Positions 36,396 through 47,274 of a stretch of DNA of 64,000 nucleotides are shown here, piece after piece. The translations under genes and the position numbers were made by a program. How positions within the stretch are numbered: the first letter of the stretch is position 1; the number at the start of each line of letters is the position of its first letter. Under the pieces are notes generated by a model. The model was not told the DNA's origin, did not search any database, and saw only the letters and a program-made list of their open reading frames with translations. Source of the DNA: Pachysolen tannophilus NRRL Y-2460 (Eukaryota). The stretch covers positions 461,498 through 525,497 of the forward strand of contig KV454011.1 of NCBI GenBank assembly GCA_001661245.1, read 5' to 3'.

Positions 36396-37643
36396 TTCAT
36401 CATGTTTTTCTTCAATTCCTTTAGTCCTATTTTCCGGCTTAATCTCCTCTTTTTGTTCCTTTTCAGTCTCTGTTGCAAGCTTGTTCCATTCGCTAGACTC
36501 TTCAGGTAATGCAACAACATTATTATCATTATTATCAATGTTATTATTACTGAAGTTAATATCAATATTTTTGAAACTTTCATTTAACTTTGCATTATCC
36601 ACAAAAGCATTAGCATTTTGAAGTAATAATGCATCTGTAGATTCGTCAAGCATTTTTGATTTTGATATTAATTCTTCAGTAAATTTGCCTATCAAGAAAT
36701 TTTGTAAGAAATTCTCTATTATTTTCAATATAATTGAAACTTCATTTATATCGTCATCTTTTGAAGCTAGGTATCCTGAATTCGATGGGAAAATAGAAGC
36801 AATTTCATTTAACTGATTATTCAAAGTATTTGAAATTTGTAGGAAAATATCATCCAATTTCGAATAATTTATCCTTGCCTTTTCTTTGTCAAATATAAAA
36901 CAACTATCCACTAATGATTCAGAGGTTATGAATTCAAAATCATCCATATATTTGTTAATGAAAAATTCCAAAATTAATTCTAAACTATCATTGAAAATTT
37001 TCGGCCCATTAACATCATCAGTGATATCTTTTAAATTATTCAACACTTTTATGAATCTAAAACAATTTTCATAATTTTTATCGTCAAAACTGATTTCAAT
37101 TTCTTTCAACACAGAATTTATGAAAATTTCTACTATAGTGTTTAAACGTATTATATAGTTTTTATAATCATCTGAGTGATCAAATAATTTTACAAAAACC
37201 ATTAAATTGTTGAAAATAGTTGATTGTGATTCAGGATCTTTAAACTGCTTGAATATTTTACAATTAGTGAAATTGGAATAGTTCACTATGATTATATCTT
37301 TGAAAACCGGATAAAGTTGAATATATATAGCCTTGAATTGTAAATATGCCAATTCGCAATTGTATATCGTTAGCTTCTCATCAAGACAATTTAAGACATT
37401 GTAACTGTTTAAAATGTCCCGCGTCTTGTGCTTATCACCCAAAGTATTGTAATTATATTTATTCCAAACTTTCAACCTCTTCAATAAGTTAATCCACACT
37501 GTGTTTTGATTATTAAAAACCGATTTGTGACCATTTTTATTTATCAAGCTAAAATTTAAAATATCTTTCAAATCCCTTAGATTCTGAGCTATCTTAACAG
37601 CAATTGATACCGGAAGCTCCTTCTCATTGCTAGAATCATTCAT
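34707..37643 (-). CDS. RCY1: F-box/Sec10-like recyclin Rcy1 (ATG 37643)
   Basis: N-terminal F-box-like LPVSIAVKIAQNL, VEPLINFIELVNVGDLVQQMI, VFQQEIGERFF, EEIYEFVTRRSDW..IMYGLGLIDCTIS (CaaX-like end). Confidence 0.9.
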
Positions 37644-37803
37644 ATCGGCCGCAACATCAACAAATTTTAATAAAATAAATTCCAAATATACTTCAATTTT
37701 GTTTATTTAATGTATTTTTAAAATCATTTTCCAAATCTGTATGTAAAGTTTTCATTTTATTTTTTTTGCATTTTGTAAAAGAGAAAGCTTTCAAAAAGTC
37801 TTT

Positions 37804-38271
37804 TTAAAAATCATCAAATTTTATAACGCCAATAAACATTTTTAAAGATAATTTTTGTAATCTGGAAATCTTATCATTAGTAACATCTGTATCTTGTTCT
37901 TGGAAATCATCTCTATAAATCAACGATTCTAATTTTTTAAATAAATATTCACCAACAAGTAGACTTAATAATATGTATTTCTTCTTCAAAGAAAGTTTAT
38001 TATGATTTTTATTGGTATCAGCATCAGCCATCACTAGTCTTGACAATATTAAACCATAAGAAGAATTTTTATCATATATCGTCAATTTAAATAGTATCAA
38101 TTTTAATATCAATTTTAATTCATCGTTATTCTTTACTTTTAAATCAGATATTCTCTTGGGTAAATTCTTGACATTGAAACAATCAATTAATGTCTGATAA
38201 AGTAATTCAAAGAGCTCATTATCAAGCAAGCGCGAGTCCAATTGACTAACCCTATTTTTCGGGTTTATCAT
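37804..38271 (-). CDS. PEX2: Peroxin Pex2, N-terminal half only
   Basis: RVSQLDSRLLDNEL, ELKLILKLILFKLTIYD..SSYG and KKYILLSLLVGEYLFKKL are Pex2 N-terminal motifs. It ends shortly after with FIGVIKFDDF*. Confidence 0.85.
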   Translation of the reverse strand: MINPKNRVSQLDSRLLDNELFELLYQTLIDCFNVKNLPKRISDLKVKNNDELKLILKLILFKLTIYDKNSSYGLILSRLVMADADTNKNHNKLSLKKKYILLSLLVGEYLFKKLESLIYRDDFQEQDTDVTNDKISRLQKLSLKMFIGVIKFDDF

Positions 38272-38887
38272 TTTCTTATTTCTTCTAATAATGAGTATCT
38301 AGTTATGTTTTAATTTAAATATATCAAAAAAAAAAATTGTTAAAACTAGTAAAATTTTGTAAAATTAAAATTATTAAAAAAGAATATGATTAGTTTGATA
38401 CCAATTTATAAATGGATTACAAGATAAAACTACAGGATATATATGTCAGCGTAAAGGATATTTAATATACGATATTGAAAATTATCAAATTCATTTCTTT
38501 CTTTCTAAATATTATAGACAAATCATTTATACCTGGTATCTATCTACACTTGAGTTAAAACATCAAAACATCAAAAACATTCATTATAGTTAAGTTCAAA
38601 CATGATCATTTAGTGGTGTCATTTAAAAACCTCTTCTTGACCAATTCGTTCAATGAATGGCCTTCTTCTCTACCAACTCTCTTCTCATACGCATAGTAGG
38701 AAAAAACACCTACTGAAATACCAAATAATGGATCAATATACCTATTTCATTCAAATGGAGTTAGTTTCTCTTAGTTTTTTTTTCTTTCTTTCTTTCTTTC
38801 TTTCTTTGTCTTGCAAGACTCTGAATCAACTTACTTGGAAATAAGATAAGGATAAGATGCCATCTCGTCTATGAATGATATATAAAA

Positions 38888-39712
38888 ATGATATTACCAA
38901 ACATTTCAAAGGTTTATTCAATACTGATGTTGGTAAATTTTTTACAATTTTTAATAGATGGGAATTATCCTACAATAGCATTCAGATTCTCCAACATTAA
39001 ATTAAAACCTTCTCCAGGCTCTTCATCAACGGCGCTAAATAGCCCAGAAAACATTTCCTACGAATTTCAAAATAGACAATTGGTTTGGAATACTTTAACA
39101 GAATTTTTGCTATTCACATTACCAATTTTGAAATTACCTAAATTTTCTACTAGATTAATCAACCTTGTTATGGGTAAAAATAGAAATTTGAAAACTGATT
39201 CTGCAACTGCTGAAATCTCTGCTTATGGCAATACCTCGTTGAAAGAATGTGCCATTTGCTTATTGCAAGAAGGCAATAATGCAACTATTGGTAACAATAA
39301 TGATCACTCGGGTTTGACTTCAGGTAATCATAATTTGATCACAAATCCATATATAACGAATTGTGGCCATTGTTATTGTTATATATGTATATTATCAAAA
39401 TTGGAACAATATCGTGGAGAAAAAGATCATTGGAAATGTTTAAGATGTGGACAGGATGTTAAATGGTGCAAGAAATTTGATGATGTTGATACAAAATACA
39501 TCATTTGCAATATTACAACAATTGGAAAACAATCATCGGAAAACATTGAAAAGCGAAACGAACAGGATAATACAGAAGCGAATGCCGCAGAATTCATCAA
39601 TAACACCACAGAGGACGAAGATGAACCTGAAAATGAACCTGAAAATGACACTGGAGATGACGCTGAAGATGACACTGAACCTGCTAATAATGGCGGCTTC
39701 TTTGTCCAGTAG
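38888..39712 (+). CDS. PEX2: Peroxin Pex2, C-terminal half with RING finger
   Basis: LVNFLQFLIDGNYPT, ISYEFQNRQLVWNTLTEFL, CAIC..NPYITNCGHCYCYICI..WKCLRCG, acidic tail. Confidence 0.9.
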   Translation: MILPNISKVYSILMLVNFLQFLIDGNYPTIAFRFSNIKLKPSPGSSSTALNSPENISYEFQNRQLVWNTLTEFLLFTLPILKLPKFSTRLINLVMGKNRNLKTDSATAEISAYGNTSLKECAICLLQEGNNATIGNNNDHSGLTSGNHNLITNPYITNCGHCYCYICILSKLEQYRGEKDHWKCLRCGQDVKWCKKFDDVDTKYIICNITTIGKQSSENIEKRNEQDNTEANAAEFINNTTEDEDEPENEPENDTGDDAEDDTEPANNGGFFVQ

Positions 39713-40081
39713 TAAACGCCGGTTTTTGATCGATCGTGCACTACCCGATGGATCTGCTGATCTCACCTGATCGCATGATTGTGCATCCAGCACCAAAAGG
39801 TCAGTCAGTTTCATCTAATAAAAGTTTGCTTCTCGTATAAGTATATAAGCCGTGTTAATTTTTCCAAGAAGTATGAAAGAACGATAGTGTGAAATTTGAT
39901 TTAGCTGGAGGTATATTATTATAAAATTTAATCTGATCAGTTGTATTATAAGAAGAAAAAGTTATCGAAACTGTTTTACTTTATCTTGAGGCGTTTACTA
40001 TTGAAGTTGAAGAAATCAATTAAATATATAATTGTTTTCGGATTAATCATATTATATTTGATTTATTACTATAAATTATTT

Positions 40082-41521
40082 ATGAAAGAAAGCATGCCAA
40101 GTGCGGTAGTTGTAGGTTCTGGATTTGCTGGTTTATCGACTACGTATCATCTTTTGAATAATGGATTTAAAGTAACGTTATTGGAGAAGACACCTGTAGT
40201 AGGTTTCCACTCGAATTCGAATAAGGCATCATCAGGTATAAATGGTGCAGAAACGAGATTTCAGCGTCTGCAAGGGGTTTCTGATGATTCAGCAGATTTA
40301 TTCTATAGAGACTCTTTGCATTCAGCAAAAGATTCAGCAAGACCAGATTTGTTGAAAGTGTTAACTTTTAGATCAAACGAAATTATTGAATGGCTTTCGA
40401 ACGATTTACAAATTGATTTGTCTACTGTTAGTCAATTGGGAGGTCATTCCAAGCCAAGAACTCATAGGGGAAGTAGTGGACTACCTCCAGGTTATGCAAT
40501 TATTAGTCAATTGGTCAAATTCGTTAAAAATCAAGAGAATTTAACTGTATTAAGCTCTTCCAGAGCTATTAAACTTTTAACTGATGATGGAGAAAGGAAA
40601 AAAATTATTGGATTAGAGTATCAAGATGAGTCTGGGACTTTATCTAATCCTGCAATAACTAAAAAAATTAATACGAATGTTGTTGTTTTGGCCACTGGAG
40701 GATACTCTGCCGATTTTACTTCACAAAATTCCTTACTATCACAATATCGTAGGGACTTAATTAAACTACCTTCTACAAATGGTCAACAAACCACCGGTGA
40801 TGGTATTAAATTAGCTCTGGATATAGGTGCACGATTAGTAGATATGGATAAAGTTCAGCTTCATCCAACTGGTTTTGTTGATCCTCAAGATCCAAATAAT
40901 AAATGGAAAATCTTAGCTGGTGAAGTCTTGAGAGGTTGTGGAGGAATCTTGTTAAATCAACACGGACATCGTTTTGTTGATGAATTACAAACAAGAGATT
41001 TAGTTGCAGAAGCTATTCGTAGTTCCGAGAATAGTCAAGTTATAAGTCATGTAACTTTAGTCATTTCAGGAAATTCTTACAATGAAATCAAAACTCATTT
41101 AGATTTTTATATATCAAAAGGATTAGTGTTTAAGGCTACTTTGAAAGAATTATCTGAGAGACTCAATATACCATTATTGGATTTGGTTCATCAATTACAA
41201 TCATACAATATTCACCGTTTAAACAAGACACCGGATGAATTTGGTAGAACAATTTTTGGTGAACCATTTGGAATCGATGCAGATTCCATAATTTATTATG
41301 GTACTATAACACCAGTTTTGCATTTCACCATGGGTGGCGTTGAGATTGATGAGCATTCTAGAGTATACGATAATAATAATGAAATCATTGATGGATTATA
41401 CGCTGTAGGAGAGGTTAGTGGCGGTGTTCATGGTGCTAATAGATTAGGTGGTAGTTCTCTATTGGAAAGTGGAGTATTTAGCAAAGTTGCCAGTGAGGAT
41501 ATCATTGAAAAATTTTCTTAA
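40082..41521 (+). CDS. Soluble flavocytochrome-type fumarate reductase (Frd1/Osm1 family)
   Basis: VVVGSGFAGL, NSNKASSGING, QLGGHSKPRTHR, VQLHPTGF, LHFTMGGV, GGVHGANRLGGSSLLE. Start uncertain (ATG 40082 or 40094, or TTG 39941). Confidence 0.92.
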   Translation: MKESMPSAVVVGSGFAGLSTTYHLLNNGFKVTLLEKTPVVGFHSNSNKASSGINGAETRFQRLQGVSDDSADLFYRDSLHSAKDSARPDLLKVLTFRSNEIIEWLSNDLQIDLSTVSQLGGHSKPRTHRGSSGLPPGYAIISQLVKFVKNQENLTVLSSSRAIKLLTDDGERKKIIGLEYQDESGTLSNPAITKKINTNVVVLATGGYSADFTSQNSLLSQYRRDLIKLPSTNGQQTTGDGIKLALDIGARLVDMDKVQLHPTGFVDPQDPNNKWKILAGEVLRGCGGILLNQHGHRFVDELQTRDLVAEAIRSSENSQVISHVTLVISGNSYNEIKTHLDFYISKGLVFKATLKELSERLNIPLLDLVHQLQSYNIHRLNKTPDEFGRTIFGEPFGIDADSIIYYGTITPVLHFTMGGVEIDEHSRVYDNNNEIIDGLYAVGEVSGGVHGANRLGGSSLLESGVFSKVASEDIIEKFS

Positions 41522-42089
41522 TAGAAATCAATTTTTTTTTAAAAATATACTCTAAGGCTATGTTATTACGATCATTGACTCTTAATTTTTTTTTCTTTTT
41601 TTTTTTGCTTTCGTTTTCTACTTTTGCTTTTTTTAGTATACGATAAGGCCAAGTATTGGTCTTGGTCTTAGTCTTTGCCCTCTGTCGTTCACTTTGAACC
41701 TGATTTAGCAAACTAATAAAAAAAAGACCAAAAAAAAAAAAACAATTGTACTTTCTAACATTAAACAATTGCTTGACCTCGTGGTGAGTGAGTAATACCT
41801 AAAACCCTGTTAATGAGTTAGGTCATATACTCTTTATGTCCGCTAATGACTATTGTTATCATACTTCTAGAACACTATATGTGCGGCTCATCAATTTTCT
41901 ATTGTACGGAGATAAAGTAGCGAAAATGTGGTTGTGAAAAATTATGGAACTAACAGTTATGGCTGTTTGGCTGTCTGGCTGTTTGTCTGTTTGCCAGTTT
42001 ATCTATCTTACACAATTTTTATCAAATTTATAAAAGAATTAAAATTTTTGGTTTTCTCTTTTTTTCTATTTTTTTTTTTCTTTTATGAA

Positions 42090-43162
42090 ATGAAATATTA
42101 TCGACAATTTTTGATATTATCAACTATTGTATTAATTATATCTATTGGATTTCAGTATTCAGCAATTAAAAATAAGTTATCGAAAATTTATCAAAAAAAT
42201 AGAATGACTGTTTCTTTAAATTCATTGACTCCAAATTTTACATTATCTTCTGGGAATAAGATTCCAGCTATTGCTTATGGTTCTGGTACTAAATGGCAGC
42301 AGATTAAAAAAGGTAGAGATGAAGATATAAGATATAACACTTTATTGGAAGATTTAGTTGAATCTACATCGCAAGCTTTGAAAAGTGGATTTAGACATTT
42401 GGATACAGCAGAGATCTATACAACACATCCTGAAATTGGTGAAGCTATCAAGAGATCAGGTATTGCAAGAAATGAGATTTTTCTTACTGATAAGTTTGCT
42501 TCTTTTGCAGCACCATTCTTGAGAGAATCTACAGGACCTTATCAATCTTGCCTATATGCATTGGAAGAATTGGATGTTGAATATTTGGATTTATACCTTT
42601 TACATACACCAGAATTGAAAAGAAATATTTCATTAGAAGATGCATGGTTGGAATTAGAAAAATTATTAGATGAAGGTAAAGTTAAAAATATTGGTGTTTC
42701 AAATTTTGACGTTGAACATTTAGAAAAAATCATTCTGATTGGTAAGTATAAACCTGTTGTAAATCAAATTGAATTTAATGCTTATCTACAAGAACAAACT
42801 CCGGGAATCATTGAATTTTGTGGCAAAAATGATATTTTAATTGAAGCATATGCTCCATTAGGTCCATTATTAAAAGGTAGTCCAGGTCCATTGGATAATG
42901 TCTTGGCTGATTTAGCTACAAAATACAACAAGACACAATCTCAAATCTTATTACGTTGGACATATCAGAATGGTATATTACCAGTGACAACATCTTCCAA
43001 AATTGAAAGACTTGTTGATGCTTTAAATATATTCACTTTTGAATTAAATGACAAAGATTTTAAATTAATCACAAAAACCGGTAAAAAAAATTCCAACGTG
43101 ATTTCTTCAAAGAAGCTTACACAAAATATGACGATATCTTAAAAAAGAAACTTGACTTATAA
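42090..43162 (+). CDS. Aldo-keto reductase (YDL124W-like); probable 1-nt frameshift at the A8 tract 43083-43090
   Basis: IPAIAYGSGTKW, GFRHLDTAEIY, YLDLYLLHTP, GKVKNIGVSNF, VVNQIEF. The frame as written stops at 43142; the -1 frame ends at 43162. Confidence 0.88.
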
Positions 43163-43437
43163 AATCAAAAAACAACAAGAATATTGATTAATTGTCATCA
43201 TCTTCATCATCTTCATCATCTTCATCATCATCATTTTATAGAACTTATGATAGGCCAAAAAGTTGTGTAAATAGCGAAAAGGTTTCCCTTTGTGGCGAAT
43301 GTGGTTTAATGATTGCGATCGATGATGACAAATATTTTTTTTTTTAACCTTGAGAGCATTATGGAAATAGTGTTGATCCTTTAATATATATATATATATA
43401 TATATTTAATTTATTTTTTTATTTAATTGATATTGTT

Positions 43438-43977
43438 ATGTCTTTTATATTTCGTAGATTATTCAATTCAACTACAATGGTGTCTGAAGCAACGGTCTCA
43501 AAAGTTCAAGATTTAATTAAGCAACACCCGGTTTTCGTTGCATCGAAAACGTAAGTGTTTTTTTGAGGGTGAGGGTCAATAAATTTAATGATATTCACTT
43601 GTTTTAAGATTATACTAACAGAAGATTATATTTAGATACTGTCCATATTGTTCAGCAACAAAACTGACATTAAAGGAATTTGGTGTTGATGCCTATATTA
43701 TAGAGTTGGATACTAGGGGTATGTAAAAAAAAAAAAAAAAAAAAAATATTTATACTAACATATGGTTGCGTTTTGAAATGTGGATCATTTCATGTTTTGT
43801 TTTGTTTTTTTTTTAGATGATGGAAGTGAAATTCAACTGGCGTTACATCAATTAACAGGTCAAAATACAGTTCCGTTTGTTTTCTTGGGCGGTAAATTTA
43901 TTGGAGGTAATTCGGATTTACAAGCATTGAACAAAAGCGGTAAATTGAAAGATGAATTAAAAGCTCTTAAATTATAG
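43438..43977 (+). CDS. Dithiol glutaredoxin (Grx1/Grx2 type); exons 43438-43550, 43636-43718, 43817-43977
   Basis: Spliced VFVASKT|YCPYC..ELDTR|DDGSEIQ..GQNTVPFVFLGGKFIGGNSDL. Both introns have GT donor, TACTAAC and TAG. Second in-frame ATG at 43477. Confidence 0.93.
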
Positions 43978-44447
43978 GTATTTGGAGCCCATGGAGAGTC
44001 TTTTAATTAGTTTGAAGAAATAATATGCTAGTAGCTTGATAGAAAGGTCTTTAAGGCATATAATTTTTTTTAAACTAATATGTTTTAATTATGCTTTTAC
44101 CTATATATATATATATATATTCTAACTTTTTTTTTTATATATCTCTGTGGCTTAAATGTAGATTAAACTCTATCCAACTATCCACTAATTGAGTCCTAAA
44201 AGTTGTTTCTATTTGCTCTTCTTCACTTTAACTTGTTGTCATTATCGTCGTTATCTCTCTCAACAGTGGCATTGTAGAGTCGTTCTCACAAGATCAAAAT
44301 TAGTCAAATTTAGTCAAATTTAGTATGGGGAGATGATAGATAACGAACGGGACCCTTTTTCAATCATGACATAACATTCAAGATAATAATTGAATTGTTA
44401 TTTATAAAAAAAAAACATAAAAAAGTTAAGTTATTTTGATATTGGAG

Positions 44448-45785
44448 ATGGGGTTTTTTTCATCTGACCGTCCTTACTCAGCTGTTACAGCTACTATTAA
44501 TAGAATTATTGATAATCATTCTGGTAGAGAAGATGATGGTAGTATGGAATTACAACTTGCAGAATTATTAGAATCTATTCGTTTACAACATTCTGGTCCA
44601 ACTGAAGCAGCAAGAGCAATACGTAAGAAATTGAAACATGGGACTACTAAGCAACAGAGAAGTTCATTGAAGCTTTTAGAGTTGTTAGTGGCAAATGGGA
44701 ATCAAAAATTGACTGAATTATATAACGATACTAGATTATTGGAATGTTTACGCACAAAAGCTGGTGGTGTTAATACAGATCCAAAGATTAGAAAATTAAT
44801 TGTCCTGTACATAGTAGGTTGGCATAGAGAATATAGCCGTGATAAGACTTATCATGGTTTAGCTCATTTGTATGACCAAGTGCATGTTAAGAGCGGTAGA
44901 TCTTCTCAATCTCGATCACAGTCTCAGTCTCAATCGCATCTGCAAAGACATTTAGCAAGAAGGCAATCAAATGTTCCTGACTTTATGAACGATGAAGCAG
45001 ATGAATTTACACCATTTGAAGTAATTGGTAGTGAGCCAAGTGATACAGACACAGACACTGAAACTGAAACTGAAGTTGACAATCACCAAAACGGTAATAA
45101 TGAAAATAGAAGATCAACAGCTCTGAAACAAAAAATGCAAAGAAAGATTAAAACAAATGCTGAAATTGATAGAGAATATGTTATACCGAGAATTAATTAT
45201 GTTAAAGAAAGACCAAAAATTGAAAAAATCATTGCTGATGCTTCATCAAGTTCAATCAGGTTATTAAATACTTTACAAGCTTTAAAACCAGGTGAATTGC
45301 CCTATGAAAATCAGAAATCTGTTACTGAATTTGATTCTTGTAGAGCCATCAGAAGAAGAGTATTACGGTACTTGCAATTGGTTAGTCATGAAGAATTCTT
45401 AGGTCCTTTAATACATGCAAACGAAGAACTAGTGAAAGCATTGAAAATGTATTCTGTATTATCAGAGCCTAGTGATGATGAGGATGAGGATGAGGACGAA
45501 GATGAAGACGAAGAAGAAGATGAAGAAGATAGTATGTCGGCATACACTAGAAGTACTGATGTTACTTATGACGACACATCAGACGAAGAAGATGAATCCG
45601 TTACTCATTCAGTCGAAAATTTGCATCTTTCAAAAAAAGCTCCACCGCCAATTCCACCAAAATCAGCTTCTCTAAGAAGCTCAGGGTCAAAGAATAACTC
45701 ACCTAGACCAATTGCAGTTGAATCGACAGACAATGATCCCTTTGGTGATGGTAATAAAACCGAATTCCCTGCAAAATGGAGTTGA
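44448..45785 (+). CDS. LSB5: VHS/GAT adaptor Lsb5-like
   Basis: GPTEAARAIRKKLKHG, LLELLVANG, IRRRVLRYLQLV..LGPLIHANEELVKAL, PPPIPPK and DPF motifs. Confidence 0.8.
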   Translation: MGFFSSDRPYSAVTATINRIIDNHSGREDDGSMELQLAELLESIRLQHSGPTEAARAIRKKLKHGTTKQQRSSLKLLELLVANGNQKLTELYNDTRLLECLRTKAGGVNTDPKIRKLIVLYIVGWHREYSRDKTYHGLAHLYDQVHVKSGRSSQSRSQSQSQSHLQRHLARRQSNVPDFMNDEADEFTPFEVIGSEPSDTDTDTETETEVDNHQNGNNENRRSTALKQKMQRKIKTNAEIDREYVIPRINYVKERPKIEKIIADASSSSIRLLNTLQALKPGELPYENQKSVTEFDSCRAIRRRVLRYLQLVSHEEFLGPLIHANEELVKALKMYSVLSEPSDDEDEDEDEDEDEEEDEEDSMSAYTRSTDVTYDDTSDEEDESVTHSVENLHLSKKAPPPIPPKSASLRSSGSKNNSPRPIAVESTDNDPFGDGNKTEFPAKWS

Positions 45786-46168
45786 TTAATCTTCTCTCTC
45801 TCTTTCTTTTTTTTTTTTTTTTTTCCCCATACATTTGATACTATTTTACTTTACTTCAATAATACAATAATTCCTACTAAATCATATAGAACATACACAA
45901 TGACTTTGCTTGCTTTTGTAGTTATCGTCGTTGTTGTCGCTGATATCTTCCAACTAAAGGAAAGACCGGGCACCTGCTAACTTTTAATTTCCTATTCGGG
46001 AAATATCACCGACTTCTTTTTTTAATTTTTTTACTGTTTTTGGAAATCTTTTTTTTTTTCCAGAAGAATGTCTCATTTTAATATAAAATGAGTTTATATT
46101 GAAGAAGAAGAGTGGTATGGTAATTATATAAATTGCTATTGTTTTCCCAAATTAAATCAAATTAATGA

Positions 46169-47212
46169 ATGGTCAGTAGGCTTTTGAGTATCAATTTCAA
46201 TTCACCAAGGAGATTTTTGCTTAATTCAATAAGAACAATGGCTACTATTGATAATTCTTTCAAGACAAATCATACATGTTTGCGTGTTAAAGATCCTCAG
46301 ATTTCAACCAAATTTTATGAGGATAATTTTGGTTTAAAGATTTATAGAACTTTCCCATTTCCTCAATTCAATTTTTCATTGTATATGTTATGTTATAATA
46401 ATCCAAGTTCTCCTTATTATAACAACATGTGGGCTGATAGGGAAGGTATCTTGGAATTGACACATAATTATGGGACTGAATCTGATCCGAATTATACAAT
46501 TAATAATGGTAATGTTGAACCACATAGAGGTTTTGGACATATTTGTTTTTCAGTTGACAATATTGAAGAAGCTTGTAATAGGTTAGAGAAAAATGGTGTC
46601 AAATTTCAGAAGAAATTGACTGATGGAAGACAAAAAGATATTGCATTTGCTCTTGATCCAGATGGATATTGGATTGAATTAATTGAGCATGGTATTAATA
46701 AAAACATTGGTAAAACCGATTTAACAACTTATAGATTGAATCATACTATGATTAGAGTTAAGGATCCAAAGAAATCTTTACAATTTTATAAAGATGTCTT
46801 GGGAATGAAATTATTTTCTACACGTGTACATGAAGGTGCTAAATTTACTTTATATTTCTTGGGTTATGATCATGATTCAAATTTTGTTGAAAATGAAGAA
46901 AGTAAAGTGAATCAGGCAAAGAGACAAAGTGTTTTAGAATTGACTCATAATTGGGGTACTGAATCAGATCCAAATTTTAAAGGTTATCATAATGGTAACC
47001 TGCAACCACAAGGTTATGGTCATATTTGTATTAGTATGCAAAATGCTGAGAAATTTTGTAACGAAATTGAAGAGAAATTCGGTGATGAATTGAACTGGAG
47101 TGTCAAGTTTAACAAAGGTGGTTTAAAGAACTTGGCTTTTATTAAAGATCCGGATGGATATTCAATTGAAATCATTCCTTCATGGATATTTGATGGTGAA
47201 AACAAATCTTAA
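46169..47212 (+). CDS. GLO1: Glyoxalase I (two-domain lactoylglutathione lyase)
   Basis: NHTCLRVKDP, LELTHNYGTE, GFGHICF, NHTMIRVKDP, KDPDGYSIE. Presequence-like N-terminus before a second ATG at 46238. Confidence 0.96.
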   Translation: MVSRLLSINFNSPRRFLLNSIRTMATIDNSFKTNHTCLRVKDPQISTKFYEDNFGLKIYRTFPFPQFNFSLYMLCYNNPSSPYYNNMWADREGILELTHNYGTESDPNYTINNGNVEPHRGFGHICFSVDNIEEACNRLEKNGVKFQKKLTDGRQKDIAFALDPDGYWIELIEHGINKNIGKTDLTTYRLNHTMIRVKDPKKSLQFYKDVLGMKLFSTRVHEGAKFTLYFLGYDHDSNFVENEESKVNQAKRQSVLELTHNWGTESDPNFKGYHNGNLQPQGYGHICISMQNAEKFCNEIEEKFGDELNWSVKFNKGGLKNLAFIKDPDGYSIEIIPSWIFDGENKS

Positions 47213-47274
47213 AAAAAGAGAAAAAAATTTACAATTACTTTGTTGTTGTAAGTTTGTGTTATTTATTATATACT

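Noticed and set aside
38653..38844. 63-aa ORF between the PEX2 halves as a possible recombinase or missing exon
   Set aside because: Low complexity with no motif. No Pex2 sequence appears to be missing, and I found no splice signals supporting trans-splicing at the junctions.
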